A stretch of DNA of 64,000 nt from an uncultured Chitinophagaceae bacterium. GTDB taxonomy: Bacteria; Bacteroidota; Bacteroidia; Chitinophagales; CAIOSU01. Where the stretch lies: NCBI GenBank assembly GCA_964543705.1, contig CAZIZP010000001.1, positions 71,583 to 135,582 of the forward strand, in the 5' to 3' direction. The position numbers and the translations under genes were made by a program. Positions within the stretch are counted from its first letter, which is position 1, and the number at the start of each line of letters is the position of its first letter. Below, in pieces: positions 16,244-25,595 of the stretch. The notes under the pieces were generated by a model. The model had not been told where the DNA came from, ran no database searches, and saw nothing but the letters and a program-made list of their open reading frames with translations.

Positions 16244-18483
16244 ACTAAATAATTTATGTTTTTAGGAATCGAAAAACTAAATGTAGCCCCTTCTTCAGGT
16301 TGGCTATAAAAAGTAATTTTTCCTCTATGTTTATCTATTATTCGTTTTGAATTAGCCAGCCCTATTCCATTACCATCAAACTCATTGGGACCATGCAGCC
16401 TGTTGAACATTTTAAAAAGGTTTTGAGCATGGGCCATATCAAAACCTGCACCATTATCTTTTACTGTAAAAACATGAAAGTTATTATCCTCATTGTATAA
16501 TACCTGAATTTCAATATTAGATTTTTTTGATGAGTACTTAACTGCATTAGAAATAAGATTACTAAATACTTGTTCAATTAATGTTTCATCGGCATTAATA
16601 AAAGGCATTGAACTAATTGTAAACTCAATATTCAGGTTACCATTAATATTTTTATACATTTCTGCTATTTGTGTAACCATTTTATAAGTATCTATCTCTT
16701 TTAATTCCAGCAGTTTATTACCGATTCTATTAAATTCAAGTAATCCTTCTATAAGCCGTTTCATTTTCTCACCGGCATTGTTAATATTATTTATAAGCTC
16801 CTCTCCTTTCTTATCAATATTGTCTTTTAAATGTTCTTTCAGCAAATGAGAATAAAATAGGGTATGCCTAATGGGTGCTTTTAAATCGTGAGAAATAATG
16901 TAGGATACATTTTGAAGATTATTGTATGATTCTTCTAAATCTTTGGTTCTAGAAACTACACGCTCTTCAAGGGTTCTGTTTAAACTTTCTAATTCTGCTT
17001 CAGCTTTCTTTCTTTCAGTAATATCAATCTCAATTGCCATAAAGCCCATTACTTCATGTTTAGCATCATATAGCGGCTGAATGTATAGCTCTATCCAATA
17101 AACATTACCTGTTTTACCTTTATTCTTAATTTCTGCTTTTACAGGTTCAAAACGTGAAATTTTTTCGTTTATAAATTTTACAGTATCGTGGTTGGTTTCT
17201 TCAAACTGAAAGATTTTAGGTGTTCTGCCTTTAAGTTCTTCAAATGTGTAGCCGCTAATTTTGGTAATGCTATCGTTAATCCAAACAATATTTTTATCCT
17301 TATCAGTAATAATAACACCATTGGTAGTATTTTTTGCAACAAGAGAGAGCTTGTATAGCTCGTTTTCAATTTTTCTTCTTTCAGTTATATCTTGTATAGT
17401 ACCCGAAATTTTTAAAGGTTTTCCGTTTTCAAAATCTATATTGGCAAGGCAATGAATCCATTTTAATTCTTTACTGTAGCCTGTAATAATTCTAAAATCT
17501 TTGTTGAATACTTTTTTGTTTTTAATACAATATTTTATTTCAAATAAAACTTCGTTTCTGTCTTCATCTGCAATATAATTTAGCCAATCGGTGTATAAAT
17601 TATTTTCAGTAAAATCGAATTGTAAAATTTGATTGAAAGTAAATGAGCTATTAGATGTTTTATTTTGTAAATAGAAACAATAGCTTCCAATTCGTGTAGT
17701 TTGCTGTGCCTGGTTTAAGCCATTTAATGCCTGCTGCAACTCTTTTGTTCTTTCTTCAACCTTTAATTCCAGCCCTCTGTTTAGTTCATCATTTTTATTT
17801 TTTTGTACTAGTAAACTTGCTTTTAACGAGTAAAATGCATTTTGTAACAATCCTATTTCATCTTGTGATTCTGATTTTTTAATTGCGACATTATAATTAC
17901 CACTTTCAAGCACTTTGGCAATTTCAGTAACTTGTCTTATTGGGCTGGAAATTCTTTTAGTAATGAAGTAGAAAATAGTTAAAGAGACTACTAACATAGT
18001 AAACAAGAAGGAATAAATGGGATAATGGAGTTTAGCTATTTCCTTGTTTATTTCCAGCATAGAACTTGCTATAAGAATTTTACCATTAACAACTTCTGTA
18101 GTAAAACTGCTTTCATTTACTAAATATTTTTTTGGGTCGTAAGCAGATGCCAGGCTAGTCTTTTCAGCAGGTATAACATTAAATACTTCTTCGTTTCCTA
18201 AAGAGTCAATAGTAATTATAGCAATAAACTCAAAAGATTTTTTGCTAGAAATATAATTAACCGTTTTTTGCAAATTGGTATAATCATTATGAATAAACGA
18301 AACTTCAACAGCATTTGCTATGTTTAATGCCAGTGCCTCAAGTTCTGCTTCTTCATGCTCAAAAAACAACTCTCTTTGTTTTTCAGGATAATACATGGCA
18401 ATGGTTATAGCAATAACCAAAATAATAATGGTATAAGGAATCCATATTTTATAGAAAAGAGAGTTTGAATTTCCTGAAAACAC
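16240..18483 (-). CDS. Transmembrane sensor histidine kinase (extracytoplasmic domain-HAMP-PAS-PAS-HisKA-HATPase_c)
   Basis: Two TM segments (IWIPYTIIILVIAITIAMYY and IYSFLFTMLVVSLTIFYFI) flank a ~125-aa loop. There is a HAMP-like linker and two PAS units ending ..QDITERRK and ..IDITERKK. H-box SYIISHDLKAPIRH. DNGAGFD...GNGIGLANSKRI...GATFSFSIPK. Confidence 0.9.
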   Translation of the reverse strand: MFSGNSNSLFYKIWIPYTIIILVIAITIAMYYPEKQRELFFEHEEAELEALALNIANAVEVSFIHNDYTNLQKTVNYISSKKSFEFIAIITIDSLGNEEVFNVIPAEKTSLASAYDPKKYLVNESSFTTEVVNGKILIASSMLEINKEIAKLHYPIYSFLFTMLVVSLTIFYFITKRISSPIRQVTEIAKVLESGNYNVAIKKSESQDEIGLLQNAFYSLKASLLVQKNKNDELNRGLELKVEERTKELQQALNGLNQAQQTTRIGSYCFYLQNKTSNSSFTFNQILQFDFTENNLYTDWLNYIADEDRNEVLFEIKYCIKNKKVFNKDFRIITGYSKELKWIHCLANIDFENGKPLKISGTIQDITERRKIENELYKLSLVAKNTTNGVIITDKDKNIVWINDSITKISGYTFEELKGRTPKIFQFEETNHDTVKFINEKISRFEPVKAEIKNKGKTGNVYWIELYIQPLYDAKHEVMGFMAIEIDITERKKAEAELESLNRTLEERVVSRTKDLEESYNNLQNVSYIISHDLKAPIRHTLFYSHLLKEHLKDNIDKKGEELINNINNAGEKMKRLIEGLLEFNRIGNKLLELKEIDTYKMVTQIAEMYKNINGNLNIEFTISSMPFINADETLIEQVFSNLISNAVKYSSKKSNIEIQVLYNEDNNFHVFTVKDNGAGFDMAHAQNLFKMFNRLHGPNEFDGNGIGLANSKRIIDKHRGKITFYSQPEEGATFSFSIPKNINYLV

Positions 18484-18486
18484 CGC

Positions 18487-18942
18487 CTATTTATTTTCTA
18501 TTTTAATAATGAATTCTATGGGAATATTTAAACTCTTATTATTGGATATAATGCCAATGGCACCTTCATTTTTCTTAATAAACTGAATAATTTCTTCATC
18601 GGAATCAAGAAACACAGGTGGCTTAGACCTACCTTGAAAAACTTCAGAAAGCCAGAACTTTTGAACCGCAGTAAAAGATGTATTGTATATAAGTTTAGAT
18701 ACTCCTGAAGCATTTGGAGATTTTCCTGAAGGCAGCACAATTATTATTGGACTATTATTCTTCCATGAAGTATTTTTTGCTTTAAATACATTGGTAATGC
18801 TATTAAAGCTCATGGATAGTTCACCTGTACTATTACCCAGAAACACATATTGCTCGTTGACCTGAGCAATTATTTCAGCTTTAAAGAGAAGCTGAATGAA
18901 CAAAAACAGTATGAAGTAGAAATTTTTCATGTTAAAAGCCAT
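18487..18942 (-). CDS. Small secreted periplasmic-binding-protein-like protein (PstS/PBP-like half domain)
   Basis: Signal peptide MKNFYFILFLFIQLLFKAEIIAQ; the ATG at 18930 is an alternative, non-overlapping start. The tail ..WLSEVFQGRSKPPVFLDSDEEIIQFIKKNEGAIGIISNN resembles the C-terminal GAIGY-type end of phosphate-binding-protein-like domains. The family call is tentative. Confidence 0.55.
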   Translation of the reverse strand: MAFNMKNFYFILFLFIQLLFKAEIIAQVNEQYVFLGNSTGELSMSFNSITNVFKAKNTSWKNNSPIIIVLPSGKSPNASGVSKLIYNTSFTAVQKFWLSEVFQGRSKPPVFLDSDEEIIQFIKKNEGAIGIISNNKSLNIPIEFIIKIENK

Positions 18943-20020
18943 AAGAGAGTTGAACTTTAAATTCGTATCGGGTATGCAGATGATTATGATGATTCATTGC
19001 ATGATTGTGCATCAGATTCCCATATCTTTCAGCTTGAAATTTCAGATTAATTAAATGACTTATTTCATAACGGTAACCCGCGCATAATCTAATTGCATTA
19101 AATGGCGATACGTGCAAATCGTTATCTGAAATAGTTAATAAATCTGTCATTAAATATGGCACATGTTTTTCTTTAATTCTGTAACCGCCATATATATAGT
19201 TAGAGAAATTATTGGCCTTACCTAAAGTATCAGTTTGTGTAGCGTTATATACAAACTCATTTAACAACTCAAACTTTTTTCCGAAGTAAGCAAGTGAAAA
19301 GCAATACATTTCAAAGTTTAATGCACCTGAATAGCTAGAAAAAGCATTGATGTGAATATTACCAGTGTGTCCGCTATGAGCGCCTGCCACATTTTGCTCA
19401 AGAAAATCGTTGTAATATGATACTTGGATACGTAAATTATCTACCGGCTTAACATGAACTGATGCGGTAATGGATTTATTTGTACCAATATCAAAAAAAT
19501 CAGTTGAGGCTATGCCATTACCTAAAACAAAATCGTATCCGAAATTTATTTTTCCTAAATTTTGCCCCATAAACCTTAGCCCCAAAGTATGTAACGGTAT
19601 TATGGCACTAAAGGCTATAGGCCTGTCAATGGTAGGAAAAAAAAGTCTGCCATGATGATATACATCATTCCAATAGTTTACAGGCCCATGCATTTTACCT
19701 ACTAAAACACTGTGATTTTTATAATAATCAAATTTCACCTGAGCTCGCTCTATACTGGGCAAAAAACTTGTTGCCGATTTACCATCAAACCTGATAACAC
19801 TTTCGCCTAAGAAGGAAATTTTCTTTGTTATATCAGCAGTAATAAAAAAGTCTTGTTCGCCAAGTGAAAAAAAAGAGTTTCTGTTTTCACCTATATCTTC
19901 CATTCGATATTCAACATGGCCAAAGTAATTAAAGTGAAACTTTTTTTCTTTTGTTTGAGAATACAATGCTGTAATAACAAAGACAAGTGTATAAATACAT
20001 GAAATTTTTTTCATAAACAT
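18932..20020 (-). CDS. Outer-membrane beta-barrel porin-like protein
   Basis: Signal peptide (MKKISCIYTLVFVITALYSQ). Alternating amphipathic beta-strand pattern throughout. The terminal ..YEFKVQLSYGF ends in an aromatic residue, as in OMP beta-signals. Confidence 0.65.
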   Translation of the reverse strand: MFMKKISCIYTLVFVITALYSQTKEKKFHFNYFGHVEYRMEDIGENRNSFFSLGEQDFFITADITKKISFLGESVIRFDGKSATSFLPSIERAQVKFDYYKNHSVLVGKMHGPVNYWNDVYHHGRLFFPTIDRPIAFSAIIPLHTLGLRFMGQNLGKINFGYDFVLGNGIASTDFFDIGTNKSITASVHVKPVDNLRIQVSYYNDFLEQNVAGAHSGHTGNIHINAFSSYSGALNFEMYCFSLAYFGKKFELLNEFVYNATQTDTLGKANNFSNYIYGGYRIKEKHVPYLMTDLLTISDNDLHVSPFNAIRLCAGYRYEISHLINLKFQAERYGNLMHNHAMNHHNHLHTRYEFKVQLSYGF

Positions 20021-20024
20021 TTAA

Positions 20025-20447
20025 TTATCTATGATTAATAAGTGCCCAATAAAAACCAATAGCTCTTACTGAATCTTCGAAATCTTTAATATTTACAGGC
20101 TTAACTACATAAGAATTTGCCCCTACACCGTATGACTCTATCACATCTTTTAATTCTTTAGAAGAGGTTAGCATTATAACCGGTATATGCTTGGTAGCAT
20201 TGGTATTTTTAAGTTGCTTTAAAACTTCAATGCCATCAACTTTTGGCATTTTCAAATCTAGAATAACAAGAGCGGGATCGTCATGATCGGCATTTTCAAA
20301 TTCGCCTTGTTTAAAAATATAATCCAACACGGTTTGTCCATTATCAAAATGCACAATCTCATTTAAAATGGGAATACTTTTAAGAGTAGTTACCGTTAAC
20401 TCTTTGTCTAAGTAATCATCTTCTCCAAGAATAATTTTCTTTATCAT
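20025..20447 (-). CDS. Single-domain response-regulator receiver (CheY/Rcp1-like)
   Basis: GEDDYLDKEL...VILDLKMPKVDG...VIMLTSS...GANSYVVKP...FYWALINH. Clear paralogue of 15818-16243 (similarity judged by eye). Confidence 0.9.
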   Translation of the reverse strand: MIKKIILGEDDYLDKELTVTTLKSIPILNEIVHFDNGQTVLDYIFKQGEFENADHDDPALVILDLKMPKVDGIEVLKQLKNTNATKHIPVIMLTSSKELKDVIESYGVGANSYVVKPVNIKDFEDSVRAIGFYWALINHR

Positions 20448-20453
20448 AGTTTG

Positions 20454-23400
20454 CTATTTTGGTATAGTAAAATAAAATGTTGCACCTTTATTAGGCTCGC
20501 TGTAAAAATTTATAGTGCCCTTATGTCTCTCAATAATTCGTTTGGTATTAGCAAGGCCAATTCCATTGCCTTCAAATTCATTGGGTGTATGTAGCCTCGT
20601 AAACATGTTAAACATATTTGCGCTGTGCTTCATATCGAAACCGGTACCATTATCTGTTATAGTAAATTGGTGATATTTACCTGTATCATTATATCTTATT
20701 TCCACTTTAACTACCGGCTGCTTAGAAGAATATTTAATAGCATTTGATATTAAATTGGTGAATACTTGTTCTATTAATGCATCATCAGCATTAATATCAG
20801 GAAGTTGGTCTATTTCAATATTTAAATTCAAATTGGCATTTAAGGTTTTATACATCTCTAATAATCTTGTTACCAATTGAAATGTATTAATCTGTTTAAT
20901 AATCAAAGGCTTATTACCAAGCTTATTAAACTCTAACATTCCATCAATAAGTTTACCCATTTTATCACCCGCTAAACTTATGTTATTTAGCAACCTCAGT
21001 TCATCCTCGTTCAGTTTACCTTCTATTTTAGTTTTCAGCATTTGTGTAAACATAGTAGTGTGGCGAACCGGTGCTTTTAAATCATGAGAAATTACGTAAG
21101 CAAAATTTTGAAGATTTTTGTTTGTTTCATTTAATTCTAAGGTTCTTTCTTCTACAAGCTGCTCAAGATTTTCATTAAGTTTTTCAAGTTCTCTCTCGGC
21201 CTGTTTTATTTTAGTAATATCATGCAAATAGGCTTGTGAGCCTACCAGAATATTATCTTTGTAAAGTGGAATAACCCTGCCCTGTAAAAGCAAAGCATCA
21301 CCATTTTTGGAAAGGAATGTACAGTTCAAATCAGTAACTATTTTACCTTCCATTACTTGAGGAATAACTCTTGAAAACTCTTCCAAGGTAGGTTCATCCA
21401 AAAATTGAGTTAATTCTTTACCTATAAAGTTATGCTCGCTAAGCAATCCCAGCTTTTCTTTCCACGAACGATTTGTCCAAACAATTTTACCTTCAAGATC
21501 AAGTGTCTGAATCATTTCAGAAGAATTTTCCAGAATGGTTCTATATTCATATTCTGCCTGAATAATTTTGGTTATATCATGCAAATATGCCTGTGAGCCA
21601 ATAAGTACATTGTTTTTATATAGTGGTATTGCCCTGCCTTGAAGTATTAATGAATTACCCTTCTTAGATAAGAAAGTACATTGCAAATCGGTTACTATTT
21701 TGCCTTCCATTACTTGGGGAATAACTCTGTTAAATTCCTCCAGTGTTGCTTTATCAAAAAATTGAGTTATGCTTTCACCAGTTATAAGTTCATCTGTAAC
21801 ACCTAGTTTTTCTTTCCACGAACGGTTAGTCCAAACAATTTTACCTTCAAGGTCAAGAGTCTGAATCATTTCAGAAGAATTATCAAGAATTATTCTATAT
21901 CGCTCTTCACTTTCTTTTATTTCTTTCTCATAACTTTTTTGATTGGTAATATCAGTAGCATAACCATCCATTCTTATAGCTATACCTTTTTCGTAAATAA
22001 CTTTTATTTTGTTTTTTATCCATTTAACATTACCACTCTTAGTAATAACTCTGTATTCAACATCTGAATTTCCGTATTTATAAACATTCTCATTAATTAC
22101 ATTAATAAAATGTCTATCCTCCGGATGAATCATTTTTTCCCATAAACTGTGGTCTGATTCAAATTCTGTTGTTGAATAACCATACATTTTTTCAATTGAA
22201 GGTGTAATGAAGATGTATTTCTTGGAAACAATATCTAAAGACCACAGCACATCCTGAATCTCGTTTAATATACTTTCCAGCTTTCGTTTAGCCTCTTTTA
22301 CCTCATTTTCTGCAATTTTTCGGTGAGTAATATCTCTTGCATAAGTTGCAATGTATATTACTTCGTTATTATCGTTTAAAACCGGATGAATGTTGGTTTC
22401 AAAAATGTAGCCGTCTCTTGTATCTTCAAAAAAAACAGGCGTTTTGGTTTTTAATACTTGTAAACCATACTCCAACCTTTTTGCTGATGTACTACTACTG
22501 AACATATTCCTGATGTCTTTACCAATCATTTGTTCAGGTGAAATATTAAGCGTTTCCTTATATCTGTAATTTGCCTCTACTATTGTTCCGTCAGCTTTAA
22601 CAAGCATAATATTATCAGGTGAAGCATCTAATAATGTTTTTTGTATTAGTTGCTTTTCATGCAATTCATCTAAAAGCTTTTGCCTGTGTAGTGTGCCTAT
22701 AATATAATCCAGAAAGGTTCTAATAATATCAGCTTCAAACTCATTCCATTTCTTTTGTGAATTTTTGAAATGAAATGCTATAATAATATTGGTCTCGGTA
22801 CTTAACTCTTGTGAGTATGCAGTAAAACTTTCAGTATTACTATTATCAAACAGGCTATAAATATTGTTTTCAGAATTGCTGACTATGTGTAATAAATTAT
22901 TGTCTAACAATTGTTTTGAAAAAGCTTTATGACTTAAAACACTTTTATAAATAGATAAATAGCTTTCGTCTTTTACGCCTTCTCTGTTCCACTTTGCAAT
23001 AACATCATAAGAACTAGCTTTTTTATTAAAAGTTATTATATGGCACTCGTAGGCTACAGTATTCACGCCTATATATGCTAAAGATTTATAGAGCCTTGAA
23101 TCTAAAGACTCATCTGAAAGTAATGCGGCAGCAGCCTCTGAAAGGCTTCTTAACAAGATATCTGTTTGTCTTATTAAATCTTCTTGCTTCTTCCTTTCCG
23201 TTATATCTTCTGCATAAAAATTGGCATACATTTTTGCCTTATTGGGATGTATGTTGTATTTAAAAACAAAATTTTCTACAAAAATCTCCCCATTATAAGA
23301 CTGCTCGTGAATTATTGAGTCTCTAATTTGCTTAGATATTTTAGCGGGAAGTTTATTCTGATATTGTTTATTGAAAAGTTTTATTAGCGTTTCGCTTGAA

Positions 23401-25595
23401 GTATTACTAAATAATAAATTACCTTCTATATCATACCTTAAAACCGGATTAGGATTTTCTAATGGAAATGATGCAAGGCTTTTAATTTCATCAAGTGCAG
23501 TAACCTTATCAGAAATATCGGTAATAATAAGCGCTAGTCCGCTTTCATTATTAGCATTATTCCTGAGTATTATTTCATCGGCATAAAATGAAGAAGAATT
23601 TTTCCTGTTAATTTTTACTTCACCACGCCAATAACCTTCTTTATTTACAGCTTTAATGCCCTCGTTAATTACCAGGTCGAAAGAAGCTTCATCGTGTAAA
23701 TTTTCTAAAGACAGCCATGAAAAATCTTCGGCATTATAAATACCAAGCTGTTTTTTACCAAATTCATTTATAAAGAAATCTTTGTTATTGTTTGCATAGT
23801 ATATTACTGAGGCAGGTATGTTTTCAATTATAGAAAGAAGAATATTTTGATTTCTTTCCATATTAAACATATTAGTTACGTTAATACCATAACCAATCAT
23901 CATTTTTAATGACCCATCAGTATTAAATACGGGGTAATAGTTTCTATTTATTACTTCTTTATCTCCTTCTTTATTTTTATAAATATCATTCCACGAAACT
24001 TTGCATTTTTCATTAGCTGCCTTTAAAAAATACTTTCTTCTTTCAATAGCTCTTTCAGCAGGTACTTTTCTTTTCTCTACATAATCAAAATCAGTTCTTC
24101 CTTTTATCCACTTCCTTATAGAATTATCTTTAATTCCTGCCGGATTTACAAACTGATACTTATGCTGCTCATCAAAAACAGCAAGGTCATTTGGCAATTC
24201 ATTTAAAATGGTTTCATAAAATTGTTTTGTTTCTTCCAGTTTTTTATTTTGCCTGTATCTGGCAAGTGAATTAGAAACTATATTTAATGAAATTTTTACA
24301 ATTGAAACAACCTCTTCATGCCAATCGGCTAGTGTAAAAACAGAATCAATGCCTGCAAAGCCGGTTATTTTGTCTTCAAACAAAATAGGTACTATTAGCG
24401 TACTGGTTTCGAGAGTATTAAACAGTTTTATGTTTTGAATTAAATCGGGTTCATTTTTATAATTATAAATTACATGTTGCTTTTTATATAAGTCCGAAAT
24501 AAATGTTTCATTACCTTTTAAGTCTATATTTTTTGCCAACACACCAGTTTCTCTTTCAGAATTAGAGTGCCATTCTATAGTATTAACTATTTGTTTCTTA
24601 GTGTCACTAAACTCATACAAATAAATTCTAACTGCACTTAGCTGTTTGCTAAGCAACGCAAAAGCATCTTTAATTAAAATATTTGTGTGGTTTATATTGC
24701 CTGTAAGTAACTGTGATGATATCTTTAAAAGACTACTGTAAATTTCATTTAGACTCTTAATTCTATCTTCATTTTTTTTCCTTTCAGTTATATCTCTTGA
24801 TATTGCAACAATGTATTCTTTATTATTTGTTTGGGTAATATTAACACTAACTTCAACATCAATATTTTTGTTATCGCCTACATGATAGTTTTGACTTTCA
24901 ATTATTTGTTGTTTTAATCTTATATGTTGTACATGGTCTTCCCATGCTTTTTTATCTCTGAAACCGGGTTCAAAATCTTTTACATTTAAAGAATAATCTG
25001 CTTCATTGTTAATGCCAAATTTTCTTGCTGCCTCTTTATTTAAATAAATTATATCACCATTAATATCGCTGGCTTGAAAAGAATCTTTACTGTTATTCAC
25101 AAAAGCCTCTAAAAGAGATAGTTTTTCATTTAATTTAACGGTTTTCTTTATTTCTCTAGTAAGGCGCAACGATTTTCCCAGATTATTTATTATTGGTTTT
25201 AATTCATAAATAAACTCATTATAAAAAGGTATTGACCTACCTATTATTATTATGCCATAAGAGGCTATCTCAAAACCATAATAAAATCTTTCATTATGTT
25301 CAGATATGTATATATTGCCCTTACTTTCTGTAAAAAAATTTAGCACTTCATTTCTTACGGCATTTAACTCATCGCTGTTTTTATGCGCCAAAGGCAACAC
25401 GTAATCATCATCAGTTACATCATCATTTTCTGAATAAAAAATTGCAGCAGCAAGAAAACAATTTAGTTTTCTTAAATAAAGGTTTAGTGTTTTTTTTAGC
25501 ATTGTTTCTTCATCATACTCACCGGATGATGCTAATGCCAATTCAATTAATATTTGAGAAGTTATTTTGTTTCCTAGTGGCATAATACTACACAA
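20454..25595 (-). CDS. Giant cytoplasmic multi-PAS/GAF sensor histidine kinase (1713 aa)
   Basis: C-terminal H-box AYVISHDLKAPVRH plus HATPase_c (DNGTGFD, GNGIGLANTKRI, GATFYFTIPK). About 1450 aa of PAS/GAF-like units precede it, with recurrent PAC ends (DITERKK, DITHRK, DITNQK, HDITKI). No TM segment seen. Alternative start at M5 (25583). Confidence 0.9.
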   Translation of the reverse strand: MCSIMPLGNKITSQILIELALASSGEYDEETMLKKTLNLYLRKLNCFLAAAIFYSENDDVTDDDYVLPLAHKNSDELNAVRNEVLNFFTESKGNIYISEHNERFYYGFEIASYGIIIIGRSIPFYNEFIYELKPIINNLGKSLRLTREIKKTVKLNEKLSLLEAFVNNSKDSFQASDINGDIIYLNKEAARKFGINNEADYSLNVKDFEPGFRDKKAWEDHVQHIRLKQQIIESQNYHVGDNKNIDVEVSVNITQTNNKEYIVAISRDITERKKNEDRIKSLNEIYSSLLKISSQLLTGNINHTNILIKDAFALLSKQLSAVRIYLYEFSDTKKQIVNTIEWHSNSERETGVLAKNIDLKGNETFISDLYKKQHVIYNYKNEPDLIQNIKLFNTLETSTLIVPILFEDKITGFAGIDSVFTLADWHEEVVSIVKISLNIVSNSLARYRQNKKLEETKQFYETILNELPNDLAVFDEQHKYQFVNPAGIKDNSIRKWIKGRTDFDYVEKRKVPAERAIERRKYFLKAANEKCKVSWNDIYKNKEGDKEVINRNYYPVFNTDGSLKMMIGYGINVTNMFNMERNQNILLSIIENIPASVIYYANNNKDFFINEFGKKQLGIYNAEDFSWLSLENLHDEASFDLVINEGIKAVNKEGYWRGEVKINRKNSSSFYADEIILRNNANNESGLALIITDISDKVTALDEIKSLASFPLENPNPVLRYDIEGNLLFSNTSSETLIKLFNKQYQNKLPAKISKQIRDSIIHEQSYNGEIFVENFVFKYNIHPNKAKMYANFYAEDITERKKQEDLIRQTDILLRSLSEAAAALLSDESLDSRLYKSLAYIGVNTVAYECHIITFNKKASSYDVIAKWNREGVKDESYLSIYKSVLSHKAFSKQLLDNNLLHIVSNSENNIYSLFDNSNTESFTAYSQELSTETNIIIAFHFKNSQKKWNEFEADIIRTFLDYIIGTLHRQKLLDELHEKQLIQKTLLDASPDNIMLVKADGTIVEANYRYKETLNISPEQMIGKDIRNMFSSSTSAKRLEYGLQVLKTKTPVFFEDTRDGYIFETNIHPVLNDNNEVIYIATYARDITHRKIAENEVKEAKRKLESILNEIQDVLWSLDIVSKKYIFITPSIEKMYGYSTTEFESDHSLWEKMIHPEDRHFINVINENVYKYGNSDVEYRVITKSGNVKWIKNKIKVIYEKGIAIRMDGYATDITNQKSYEKEIKESEERYRIILDNSSEMIQTLDLEGKIVWTNRSWKEKLGVTDELITGESITQFFDKATLEEFNRVIPQVMEGKIVTDLQCTFLSKKGNSLILQGRAIPLYKNNVLIGSQAYLHDITKIIQAEYEYRTILENSSEMIQTLDLEGKIVWTNRSWKEKLGLLSEHNFIGKELTQFLDEPTLEEFSRVIPQVMEGKIVTDLNCTFLSKNGDALLLQGRVIPLYKDNILVGSQAYLHDITKIKQAERELEKLNENLEQLVEERTLELNETNKNLQNFAYVISHDLKAPVRHTTMFTQMLKTKIEGKLNEDELRLLNNISLAGDKMGKLIDGMLEFNKLGNKPLIIKQINTFQLVTRLLEMYKTLNANLNLNIEIDQLPDINADDALIEQVFTNLISNAIKYSSKQPVVKVEIRYNDTGKYHQFTITDNGTGFDMKHSANMFNMFTRLHTPNEFEGNGIGLANTKRIIERHKGTINFYSEPNKGATFYFTIPK
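21205..21915 (-). repeat. Intragenic tandem duplication of a 354-nt (118-aa) PAS unit
   Basis: ccaaacaattttaccttcaag recurs at 21477 and 21831, giving a 354-nt period. The protein copies are SSEMIQTLDLEGKIVWTNRSWKEKLG...VIPQVMEGKIVTDL.CTFLSK.G..L.LQGR.IPLYK.N.L.GSQAYLHDITKI. Coordinates are approximate. Confidence 0.85.
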
